64,000 nt of DNA from Epiperipatus broadwayi (lineage: Eukaryota; Animalia; Onychophora), in assembly GCA_028023455.1 (NCBI GenBank), contig JAQFVV010000010.1, positions 9,486,001 to 9,550,000 of the forward strand, given 5' to 3'. The notes below the pieces were generated by a model. The model did no database searches. It was not told the DNA's origin and worked only from the letters and a program-made list of their open reading frames with translations. This document shows, piece after piece, positions 11,580 to 24,009 of this stretch. Positions within the stretch are counted from its first letter, which is position 1; the number at the start of each line of letters is the position of its first letter. The position numbers and the translations under genes are program-made.

Positions 11580-13388
11580 TCAGTAGATGATGCTTTATTG
11601 CACAATGATTATAAAGATATGGAAATTATGTTGAGGACATGTGCAAGGGTGGGTAAAGAGATGGGGATTAAATTTAGTGAAGAAAAATCAAATATAATGA
11701 TGGTTAATACTGGGTAAAGAGAAGATGTAGAATTTTTATTGGGGGATATAAAGTTAAGTGTGGTGGATAGATATAGATATTTGGGAATTATCTTATGTAA
11801 TCAGGAAAATTGCTTGGATGAATGGGAGATAAAATTGGTAAATGAAGCAAAGAAAAGAAAGGGTTTGGTAAAGAAACTAACAGTACTTTCATATAATAAA
11901 TATTGATGTAGCTAGAATTGTATGGAAGGGAGTTGCAGTAGCAGGGTTAACATATGGTAATGATGTATTATGTGTTAGTAAAAGGGTTTTAGATTATTTA
12001 GAGAAAGTACAAAGGGAAGTAGGAAGACATGCATTAGATGCAGAGATGTGGACAGCAAAGGAGGCAAGTCAAGGAGAAATGGAATGGTCAAGTTTTTATA
12101 TGAGAGATGCAAAAAGTAAAATGAAAATGTTTGGTAGGTTGCAGTTTATGTTAAAAGAATAGCCAAAATAGTGTTTAATTGGGTTATGAGTAAAAGGCAG
12201 GTAACAAGATGGGTGAGAAAGGTAATGCGGTATGCAAAAGATTTGGATAAAAAATTTATATCAGTATTCTTGTATGAAAGGTGGGATGATTGTGTTAGGA
12301 GGATTGTTGAGTGTTATAGTGGTAAGGAATGGGATAAAAGAATAGAAGCATTAATAAAAAATAGGGAGTTGAAGAGATGGAGAACTAGTATGGAGGGTAA
12401 GAAGAGTTTAAATATATATAGAAATAAACAGAATATTGGATGTGAGTTAATTTATGATAACAGTAAGGAAAGTAGTTTATTGTTTAAGGCTTGAATGGGA
12501 TCTTTAGCAACAAGAGAATATACATGTAAATGGAAAACTATGGGTGATTTAGTGTGCAAATTGTGTAAGGAAGGTATAGAAAATATTAGACATCTGTTGA
12601 TTGAATGTAAATGCTTGAAAGCAGAAAGGGTACAGATAATAAAGTTATGGGAGAATAGGTATGAACAAAGTGACTATACAGAAAGTGAGTTATTCGTTTT
12701 TATGCTGGGTTTGTGAAAAGATAAGGGGGATTTAGATATAAAGACTATAGAGTTGACAAAGATTATGTTGTGGAAATGGAATGGGGCAGAATATGGGAAG
12801 ACTTAGAGTGGGGAATGGGAAATAAAGTGGCTAACAGGTTTATCTGGGCATAATTGCTGAGATATTCTTGACTTCATTTAAGGAGAAGCCAAATACATCA
12901 CATCACATATATTATAATGATTATATATTATGTATGATAATAGTAAGGAAAGTAGTTTATTGTTTAAGGCTCGAACGGGATCTTTAACAACAAGAGAATA
13001 TACATGTAAATGGAAAAATATGGGTGATTTAGTCTGTAAATTGTGTAAGGAAGGAATAGAAAATATTAGGCATCTGTTAATTGAATGTAAATGCTTGAAA
13101 ACAGAAAGAATACAAATAATGAAATTATGGAAGAATAAATATGAAAAAAGTGATTATACAGATAGTGGGTTGTTGGCTTTTATGCTGGGTTTGGGAAAAG
13201 ATAAGGGGGATTTAGATATAAAGGCCATAGAGTTGACAAAGTGTGGAAATGGGATGGAGCAGAATATAGAAAAACTTAGAGTGGGGAATGGAAAGTAAAG
13301 TGGCTAACAGGTTTCTCTGGGCATAGTTGCTGAGATTCCTGACTCCGTTTAAGGAGAAGCCATAGTACATCACATCACATCATCACAT
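11580..13388 (+). mobile_element. 5'-truncated non-LTR retrotransposon (end of RT plus C-terminal Cys/His finger) with duplicated 3' end and (CATCA)n tail
   Basis: Broken frames reading DDALL..CARVGKEMGIKFSEEKS, YLGIIL, VWKGVAVAGLTYGNDVLC, CKLCKEGIENIRHLLIEC; 12930-13388 repeats about 12455-12908; both units end in CATCACATCAC. Clade not assigned. Confidence 0.9.
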
Positions 13389-15082
13389 ATAACTGTGAAT
13401 TTTTTATTATTATTATGAATTGATATAAATCAACAGAACATTATCATGACTCTACATATGCTCTTAGGAACAATAATTCATTTTATTAACTCTATCCTGA
13501 AGCCATCTATTGTAAGTTTAAATAATTAGTAGTCACTAATAAATGCAATTTTTTGTTATTATGCGTCTATTTAAACCAATAAAACATTATATATCCTTTT
13601 TTTGCTTACATTAAGCATATGCTTTTAAGAGCTATCTATTTTAAATTAATTAATTAGTGGGTGTCAGATGATAGTGTTACTTTATCCAATTACTACGAGT
13701 TTTGGACTTAAAGCATATACCCATCCAGCAGTCATCTTTAATATTTTTTATATTATAAAACTGATAGATTGAAATTTAAAATCACTTTAAGATTTTTGCA
13801 GTTTAGCTAAATTGCTTGTTAGTTATGCAGATATGATATTAAATTAATAATTATATATTTTTGTGATTACAGTTTTACATTGCATGCCTTAGCAAAGAAG
13901 GTATTATTTATATATATCCAATAAAATATCATTTCTTTTTCCATTTAAATTTAACATATGCTTACAGGAGCAGTAATTTACTCTACAATTAGTATGAAAA
14001 TGAAATCACTAAAATCTATTCCTACTGGCTTAGTGTCAGATCAATATTAAAGATTATTCTGGGAATGTGGATTTGATATAATAGCTATCTAGTGGCAGTA
14101 ATTATACAAGCAATGCTTATTATAAGCCCATCTGTAATTCTATAAATATTGTGGAATGAATTATTGATCCTAAATAATTATATTTAAATAAAATAAATAA
14201 TTTTAAAAAGTAGCAGCAATTTTATTTAATTGTTGTTTACTTATTTGATCGTTTAAATTACTTATTCACAAGAATTGATTATAATAAACTAATAATCAGC
14301 TTTTTAAGCTAATGCATATGCAGTTTGTGGCTCTTAACAATAAATGAATACTCTCATTTTCCAATATAAGATAGTCTTTGTGAAAGAATAGAATGAATCC
14401 ACCTATTCTTTCAACCCAAATGTTTAAGTATGGGCAAATCTTAAGTACTGGAAATGAGAGGATTAAGCCAATGTACATGCACTTTAAAGGTAAATTATAA
14501 ATGAATACTCTCACTTTTTTCCAGACCCAAGATATAGTATTTTAGAAAGAATGGAAGTAGAGGGATTTGAAATCAGAATTTTTCAGTCTATTTATTCTCC
14601 ACCCCATTCCTTTAGTTACATTTATGAAACATTCAGTATAAGCTAATTATATACTACTTTAAATGAATTGATTATATCTAGGATTATATTTTTGAATTTT
14701 TTTTATCGTATCAAGTTAAATGGGAAATAATAAATACTCTATTCTAATTTTTATACCATTTTTCAAAAAAAAATTTGGAGAGTCTGTAATTAGTTTAATG
14801 AAATTAATTTTAAACATTTTTTTGTTTTAATTTTTCTTTATATCTTTTTACCTTAGCTATTTCATTTTGTATATGTATACATATTTATCAGTGGCAAATA
14901 TTTCAGTAATTGCTAAGCCACAATTATTGTTTTAAATAAAAGGAAAAAAGCAATTTATGTACCCATTAGTAAAGTCAATTTTCATTGTTCTTAGCAGAAT
15001 AATGGATTCAAAACTAAAAGTTCCTAGATAGATTTCAACCAATTTATCTCTTTCTAGCACATAATATTTTAAGTCTTGTCAA

Positions 15083-15154
15083 GTGTTGGTTGCCTAATGG
15101 TTAGCATAGCTGCCTTCCAAGCAGCTGGTCCAGGTTTGCTTCCCATTCAACGCA
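15083..15154 (+). pseudogene. tRNA-Gly(TCC) pseudogene / SINE head
   Basis: 72 nt GTGTTGGTTGCCTAATGGTTAGCATAGCTGCCTTCCAAGCAGCTGGTCCAGGTTTGCTTCCCATTCAACGCA, colinear with metazoan tRNA-Gly-TCC; acceptor and anticodon arms pair, T-arm and B box are broken. Confidence 0.85.
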
Positions 15155-15815
15155 TTTGACATATAATATATATTTTAAATCTTTAATGGATCTTTTTTTT
15201 ATTATAAATTTTTAGATTGTAATTAGTTTTTAATGATGTGCAGATGAGCAAAAATTCCTATTTCAATTTTCAACTGAATATTTAAGATGAAAATTGCAGT
15301 ATTACAAGATCTCTAAGAGTTATGGCAAAAATATTGATAGGCTTTCTTTATGCAGATATCAGAATACCTAAAACAATAACACTATTACTGACAGAACAAA
15401 TCTATAAAGTAACTGAATGTTTTGTCACTCAACAAGTCATAAGATGTTCACTCACAGGACATGATAGAGTTGAGCTGTGACCCATGGGCTTTTAAATCCT
15501 GAGTCTTCCACTCTGCAAGTGCTTTAAAACAATGTAAAAAAATATAATGTAAAATGTTATTATAGTCAAATTCTGAATTGAAACTATGAAAATAAATAGC
15601 AAATCTATTTTTTCTACTTTCTGGATACCTCATGTACAGATCTGGTTTCAAGAACTCTCACTGTCAACTGTGCTAATCCTTTAAATATCATTAAACAGTT
15701 ACAAAGCTATCAATGAATAAGATTGGAAATCTTAGCACCACAGAAGATGAGCACTAATTTAAAGAAAGAAGAGAAACTATTGATTACAATATTCTTTAGA
15801 ATATATCTTTTGAGT

Positions 15816-16097
15816 AAACAAGACAAAACTCTCCATACAGTAGTGCCACCATGTGCCAACCAGGGTAATCAATGGATGCCAGAAGTGCATAAAATCCCTA
15901 TCTAATGCCTACTCACACAATATCCCCCGACTAGTTTCTGGCTTGTGGATGAGTAGGCATTAGATAGGGATTTTATGCACAAGCCTTCTGGCATCCATTG
16001 ATTACTCTGGTTGACACAGGGTGGCACTACTGTTTGGAGAGTTTTGCCTTGTTTATAAACAATTATGTGCTAGTATAAGAGATGGTGATCATGTGAT
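15816..16097. mobile_element. Hammerhead repeat family A, fold-back copy
   Basis: Arms about 15816-15925 and 15950-16055 are inverted; the loop holds the reverse complement of CCACAAGCCAGAAACTAGTC. Confidence 0.88.
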
Positions 16098-19000
16098 ATC
16101 TTTTGAGTATTAATGTGGTCAATCAGTTTTAAAAAATATATTTGAAGAAGCTCATGGAATAGCTTTTAGAACCATCATCTTTTATATCTATGAGCTTAAT
16201 TTGAATCCAGATAAAAATGGAGTTTAACCCCCTCCCCCCAAGTTTTATTAGGATTCGAACATGGTTATAGCAGGTGACTATTCCAAATAAGTGCAAGATT
16301 TATTTTTCTTGTAGATCTTATAACCAACCCAATAGTCATGCATGTACTGAATGGTAAATGAATATCAAGTTACTCCGACATAGAGAGAGGGAGAAATGAA
16401 AGAAAAGCTTTAAAATCTTATTATTCAGTTATCCTGATGAGTACTATCAGTTTTACTAGCTGTTTCTACGTAATTGTCTGCTGGAATGGACTTTTCTTTA
16501 TATAAGGCTGTTTAAAGGATATTTGATACTCAAGAAATAGAGGACATTAATCTTAGAAATACTGAGAGAATATCCTTGTCATAATAAAGGCAACTATTTC
16601 CTAACTTTTGGTCACCTTTTTAATAACGGAGTTTTTTTAAATCTATATATGTACTGGTTTGACATTCTCTTAAAGTTGAAGCAAAATAATATTATATTTT
16701 CAAATCTTTCATCAATCGCTACTTAATATTATTAGATTACACACACATATGTACATAAACACTTCTAATATTAGCATGACATTTTCTTACAAACTTTAAG
16801 CAAAATAATATTGTTTACGCTTTCAAATTCTACCACTATTTTTATTCCTTTCTGCTTTGAATCAACCATTAGAATGTCAAGCATAATTAAAGATCTAAAA
16901 TTCTCTTGAGGAAAAAATCTCTTTAATTTTAAATTTTATTACGTATATTATCTTATAATCATCTTAAAAATTTAAACTAATCATTTTTATTATATGTAAT
17001 TTTCTATTATATTGGGAGGAAAAAAGGGTAAGCGAAACAAGTAAAGACGCAATTAGAAATTTACAAAGATGTAGTAGTATGAAAAATTACGTAGTAGATT
17101 ATTACATGAATTACTTCATCAGTATTTTAATTCCTGATATATTTTGTCTGTATGTATTTCGTATAATAATAATGATTTCCTATAATTACTATGAGAAGGG
17201 TGACTGTTGGAGGAATTCTTGTCCTACATTAAACTATTTAAAAAATGGTTTTCATTTATATATGCACACAAACAAAATAGAAGAGATACGTTCATTTCCG
17301 AAAGAATCTTTTAAAGATTGACTAATATCAATACGTCATTCAATACACATCTTTTTGCTTGTTTTTTTGATTTTTACTCTTCTCCAGAGAGCTCAAACCG
17401 AAATTGCACTTGGTGTAAATATAATTAAATATAGAATTTTTTTTTTTTAAGTTTTTTTTTAATATTTGAAAACAAATTAAAAGTATATCTGAAACTATAA
17501 CATCACCCCAATTAAAAGTGAAATAAAAATCTGTCAGGATGAATCATTTTGGGTATCACCATTCCAGAGTAAAAAAGTTGCTATTGATTTTATATTTTTA
17601 TTGCTTTACTGTAACTAGATGTGACAATTGAATTTTTAAACTTGAACCAAATAAGGCTTGAGGTAGTAAATCATTATGCGATTTCATAATAATTTCCAAA
17701 TCAATTTTATTATTATTATTTGTACATTAGCTATTCCTTATTATGAGTAGATAAAAAATATTTCGTTACAAATTCATTCCTTGGAGAAAAATAGTAGAGA
17801 AAATATAGTGTTAATCAGCTACTGACAGATGAGGAGTAACAGTTTTTTTTTTTTACTTAAAAATAATTAAAGACCTGTTTGCTGACGGATGTCTATTTGA
17901 GTTATCTATAAATTGATTACATGTAAAAAAAAATCCTAAATTTGTTAGGAAATGAAACAATTTCAAAGATTACCCTGGATTTGAACCCTAGGTTGTGAGT
18001 ATGACAAGCATGTGTTAATCATTATAGCAGATGCTGTTAAACAATATGATCTAATTTATGCTAAATGTTTCAAATCCTTTAGCTATCCAATGAATTTGAT
18101 TCATGAACAATAAACATTTTTCTGTTACTATTGTTATCGTAGAATCACTTTCAGTGAATGGAAATCATAAAACAGATAAAACATAAATGCTAGTCATCCT
18201 AGTTTGTAGTAGGTTAAATATTTGGTATTAGGAATTTTTTAATCCTATTAAGGTAAAAAAAAAAACTTATTATAAAAGCAAACACTACTTAAATTTTTTT
18301 GCATTTAATATCTTGGATTTTTTTTATATGTAACTTTTGAAGACTGAGGTTACGTCAGCGATAGTGAATTTTATTGCTGTTATAAACATTTGAAATAATA
18401 ACCGTTTTAAAACTATTAATAATAGCAGAAGTGATCTGCTTTTTATTGAAGCAATAATAACAGTCATATAGCTAATCTCTATGAAAATGATTAATTAATT
18501 TTTAATTAAAAAAAAAAACTAATTTGTATCGGAACAAATCAATTGAAGTATTTAGTACGTAGTACTATATACGATCTTATATAGAATATATATGCACTTT
18601 GTTTCTATAAGAAAATACAACACTAGAAATATACTAGGAATTTTTCACTGTTAAGTATACAATTTTTTTTTTAATTATACACACACATATATATATACAC
18701 ACATATACATAAAGATATATATAAAGATATAAAAGGCACACATACTTTACAACTTAAAAAGCATAAGCACATTACAACCACATGAAAAATATCTATTTAT
18801 TATATGATTTTTATAGGATTACTATCATATATTTAAATGGGAAAATTTCTGGATGTTTTTCGAATTATGCAATGGAGAAATTTAGCAGATTAATATTTCT
18901 TTCAGAATTTAAGTGTAGATTAGTGCTAGTAGTTTTGATACACAGATTTTTACATTAAAAATAGTATGTATATATTGTGACAACCATGAATCAGATAAAT

Positions 19001-20199
19001 AAGCAGGTGAAAAGTATAGGTTAGCATAAATAGAGAAATAAACAGAAGTTAGAATATTAAAATGGCATTATATAGACAAGTTAATATTATTTCACCCAGT
19101 ATTCCAAATAGAGGCGAATGATGAAAAAAAGAGCAGAAAGGTAAAAAATAAGAGTCATACAAATAAATGAAAGTAAGTTATAGATTATAAATTTAATCAG
19201 TAATTCAACTGCATATAGAAAGATGCATTATGGGATAGAATTGAGTCATATTTTAGGAAATCCAGGTTACTTTGAGTAACATTTAAACATAAGAATAAAA
19301 ATGTTCATGGAATGTACCATCCAAACCACAATCTCTAGGTATTCAAATCTTATATTAAGCAGTAACTGAGTAAAATAGACTACTAGCTATGTTAGAAATT
19401 TCCCTAATATATCCTTTCTGAAGAAAAGTTATTTAAACAAAATTATTTGCATGTCACTTGGCATAATTTCCCAACAATGCATAACAAATGATGATCCCAT
19501 CTTTCTCTGCTTATCTACGATGATAAAAAGCCATATATATATATAAACAACTATAATGTAAGTATGCAATTTTATATATGAAAAATAGACAATAGCAAAC
19601 AAAAAATATTACTCATCAAAGTTGTTGTCTGGTGGTGTAGATTAAGACATTTCCCATTTTTTATGACTAGAAAACTATTTACTGAACCCATACGGATTGA
19701 CAAAGATGACTTCTTGAAAAAATCCTATACCTGATTAGAACTTGAGCTAAATTTCAAGATTATTTGATCTGGATTCATACTCAGTTCATAAGCATAGCAA
19801 CTAGATATGCTATCAGTACACCATGAGAATCTTTAAATATAGATGTACAAGTACAAAGTAAAGTGTAATTTATGTATTTCTAGCTATACGAATGAGCTGG
19901 GTTTGAATCCAGATCAAAATAAACTTGAAAATTTTTTTAGGTTCTAATCAGACTTAGATGTATTTTTATGCAAAATGCCCATTGTCAGTTATATAAAACA
20001 TGTATATAATTCAAATACTATAAAAAATTTGAAATGCCATGCATTTTTTTAATCAAATATTTCTTCTTTAAAGAAATGACTATTACTGTTAATTAAAATA
20101 ACTCCTAAAAGTCTTGTATCTCTGTTGTTAATGGCTAACCTGTCATAATTTAAGATTTGGAGTTCAAGTTTTGTGTAAAGTTGGAAAATTTTAGGTAGA

Positions 20200-20520
20200 G
20201 CACCAAGTACACCTTAATTGATACTTTACAACACAGTTTAACATATTATTTATGTATTATATTATATATAATTCAGCAATGCAAATAAGAAGAAGTGAAA
20301 GGAAATTTTAATACTTCAAAGAAGTTGTCACACTAAGATCAAGACTAATAAAGAAAAGATCTGATGATGACTGCTGGACAGTTGAAACTGTTGACAAGAG
20401 GAGATAAAATAAATCATATGTTAAACTGCAGGGTAGAGTATCAATTCAGGTGCATATGGTGTATTATATTATATATAATTTAGTAATACAAATAAGAAGG
20501 AGAAGTGAAAGGAAATTTAA
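20200..20520 (+). mobile_element. Candidate hammerhead repeat family C (partial tandem plus inverted fragment, Penelope pLTR-like)
   Basis: CTGATGA-T-GACTG ctgga CAGTT-GAAA-CTGTT at 20361-20392; about 20255-20310 is repeated at about 20465-20520; about 20208-20245 is inverted at about 20415-20452. Confidence 0.55.
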
Positions 20521-21924
20521 AAATTTTAGATAGCTGTCTCCTAGACAGTTCATATAGTCATTTAATATTAGTCATTAAATGATCATCTTAGCTGGAAAGT
20601 AAATTCTATGGTGTAATACTGACAATGAAGATTTATTCCTTTGGTTAAAATATGGTAGGAAAATAATTGCTAAATGAAGTCCTATAAAAATATTCTAAAC
20701 GTGAAGCAAAAATCAAAAGACATCAAGCAAGAAGATCTTAATGAGACAATTCTATTATAAGATCAGATTGTTGTATAGAAATAACTTTCTCAGTTGAAAA
20801 TTCTAATATACTATAAAGACTAAAATATATCAAAATACATTGGATACTCTTGACCTTTTCTATAAGTCTATAAGAATTGATAATATTTTAATGTAATAAA
20901 CTACATTTATTATATTAAAACAACATAGTGAAGATTCATTTTAGAAAAAAAATCAATATATTTTATTGTTTTTATTAAAACTACCTAAAAAAAATCACTA
21001 ATATCTAAATATTTCCTAATCTTAAGTTTCTAACAAAGTTCTAGCTAAAGAATTCATATCTTTCTCTTTTTTTTCATTTATAGCCATGTAGAATGACATG
21101 GTTGAAACTAAAAATTTTCCAAGCCATCTTCTAAAAGCAAAATAAAATAGTTTGTCTCTTATATGGATGTATTAATTTATTCCTTTATTAAAGGGTTTGT
21201 ATAGTCTCATATTCAGATAAGAGTGAAACTGGTAGATTTTTAACATATAAATGAGGAATTTCAACCAAACTCATCATTTTTGCAAAAAAAAAAAAAAAAA
21301 CAGTATAAATATGCTCTAAGCTTAAGTGATTCAATTAAGTTTTTAAACCTTATTGATGGATGAATGCATGGAGATTTATAATAGTTACAACAGTGTGTGA
21401 TCACTCTATTTCTGCATAACTATAGATTTTCACGCTTAATAATAATAAATAATAAATAATTAATTTTACATAATATGTTCTAAGAAGTATTGTATGTACA
21501 CCTATTCAATAACCCAAATACATATACTATTGATTTTTCTGTTTGTTTGCATTTGTAATTCAAATATGCATAGAGTGATTTCTCACTTCTTTACGACCTA
21601 AGGCTGAATGAACTTTCAGTGAATAGAGCTGTGATTATGGTGAATTTCAATAAAAGTGCACTCAACTTCAGGTTATAAAGAAGAAAGAAACCACTTCATT
21701 ATATGTTTGCAAATTTGAATATACATATGTACGTACATTTAAAAAATATAGCACAACAAACATATACTAGAAAAGTGTTGGTGGTTATACTATTTTATGT
21801 ATAATCATTATTATACTAATATGCTTTAGAATACAAAGAATTAGAGATACAATATTAGCATTTAATAAATTTAGCAGTCAGCAAAATTTGAAAAAAAAAA
21901 AAAAAAATTTAAAAACGATCTTAC

Positions 21925-22066
21925 TTAGACTGAGCCTCTGCTTGCATGAAGATGAATTCCCATTTGCGTGAAAACATTTTCTGTAAACGTGCCAAATTTT
22001 CAGCTTCATAGTCAGCTAATTCTAGCCTGGTCTTATTTTGCATTGTGCGTTTGCATAGGTAGACAG
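21925..22066 (-). CDS. RGS7: RGS7/RGS6-family coding exon (142 bp, DHEX region)
   Basis: tttatcttctag|CTGTCTAC...CAGTCTAA|gtaaga; translates (A)[46 protein letters not shown](K), a near match to RGS7/egl-10. Confidence 0.97.
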
Positions 22067-22597
22067 CTAGAAGATAAAAAAACGAATATTTATAAAACAA
22101 ACATTGTTATATACATATATAATAAAGGACATGTAAAAAATAAAAACTCAAGAATTTGATATTGCTAATGTATAAAAGATAAAAAAAATATGCCTATAGC
22201 AATCTTTATAAATTTCTACAAGTAAATACATTATGCTATTACCAACTGTTGGATGTATTTGAAAAGTTTAACTAAAGTTTGACTTTTTTCTAAGATATCC
22301 AATACTTGATAGTCCAACATATAGTTACAAATACAGCTTCTTAATTCAATTTCCATGCCAATACAGTTATGGGCAGTCTAGCTATACTGGAAGAAAGGGC
22401 ATAATATAACTCAAAACGAGTTATAATCTAATCTATGTGCCATTACTAAAAAGTTGAATACATTTAAAAGTTTAAATAGAGTTTGGTTTTTTTCTAAAAA
22501 CATTTAACAAATAATATTAGATAATGGAAATGATCCAACATATAATTAAAATAAAAATACCATCATTGCAAACAAACACTCTATTATAGTATTTTTA

Positions 22598-23812
22598 TCA
22601 CATGGTCACCATTTGCTCAATCTATTAAAACATAGGCAAAAACCTCCATATAATGCCACTCAGTGCAAGCCAGAATAATCAATGGATGTAAAAAGTTTGT
22701 GCATAAAATTCCTATCTAATGTCTACTCATCCAATATTTCCAGACTAGTTTCTAGCTTGAGGGTTCAACAATGAGAATCTGAGAGCACTGCACTTAGATA
22801 TTAGGATCTAATGCAACCCTCCAATGGTCATCTTTTATCTTTTTAGTTAAATACAAAGCTATGAGTTCAAAACTGAAAACACAATATTATTTTCAATCCA
22901 AGTTAATCATCTGTATAGTCATATAGATCTAAACCCAGTTCAGTATCTATACATTTTGATGTCTTTGGTTCTTTAATAACCATAGTCACCATTATCCTAC
23001 TGGATAGGATTGGTATTAAACCAATAAACATCACATGATTACCATTTCTTATGTTTGCTCAAGCTGTTAAAACAGAGGCAACACTTCATATAGAAGTGCC
23101 ACTCATTGCAAGGCAGACTAATCAATGGATGCAAGAAGTTTGTGCTTAAAATTCATATCAGGGCCTATTCATCCAATATCTCCAGACTAGTATCTAGCTT
23201 GTGGGTTTCATCGGTGAGAAGTCTTGGATCTGAAAGCACTGTACCTACATTTTAGGATCTAATGCAACTCTCCAGCAGCCACTTTTTACCTTTTAGTTAA
23301 CTATAAAGCTACAAGTTCAAAACTGAAAACACTATAATATTTTTAATCCAAGCTCATTCACCTATATAGTCATATAGACTCAGTTCAGTATAACTGTTTC
23401 TTATGTTTGCTCAAGCTGTTAAAACAGGGGCAAAACTCTTCATACAGTAATACCACTCACTAAAATCCAGAGTAATTAATGGATGCAAGAAGGTTCCTGT
23501 ATAAAATCTCTATCTAGTGCCTATTGATCCAATATCCATAGACTAGTTTGTAGCTTGTGGCTTTTATCAGTGAGAAGTGTTGTATCTGAGAGTACTGCAA
23601 CTAGATTGCTGGAGGATTGGATTAGATCCTAAAATCTAAGTGTGGTGCTTTCAGATCCATAGCTCCATATAGATGAAAGCCCAGGCTAGAAACTAGTATG
23701 GGGATATTGGATGAGTAGGAACTAGATAGGGATTTTATGCACCCACCTTCTTGCATCCAATGATTACTTGCACTGAATGGCACTACTGTATGGAGAATTT
23801 TGTCTGTTTTTA
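22598..23812. mobile_element. Hammerhead repeat family A: head-to-tail monomers followed by an inverted partial monomer
   Basis: GACTAG core landmarks at 22743, 23185 and 23541 (periods 442 and 356, the second with an internal deletion); orientation flips near 23605. Confidence 0.9.
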
Positions 23813-24009
23813 TAGTACCCTAAATTAATATGACTAAAGGTGCTAAAATTCAGGCAATGGTGAAGCTAGGTACAAATGGTAATATTAACTAGCTGAGCCT
23901 TTTGAGAGTTTTTTTCTTATAATTATAGCAAATGGGTTATGTAAGCATGATAGAAAATGTATGTGATAAATATTTAAATATTATAAATAATACTGTCAGA
24001 GGATTATTC

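Noticed and set aside
13630-13740. WVSDD peptide resembling the RGS7 GGL-domain motif
   Set aside because: Wrong strand and wrong order relative to the RGS7 exons; followed by a stop.
15650-15665. IWFQ homeobox-like tetrapeptide on the plus strand
   Set aside because: Surrounding residues do not fit helix 3 and a stop follows shortly.
15723-15905. Track ORFs overlapping family A repeats (also 40426-40629 and 47702-47902) sharing LHTVVPPCANQ..QWMPE
   Set aside because: Shared peptide is just the antisense reading of the same non-coding repeat; frames are not preserved among copies.
16430-16500. CTGATGA at 16436 as a possible hammerhead
   Set aside because: No correctly placed stem II plus GAAA downstream on either strand.
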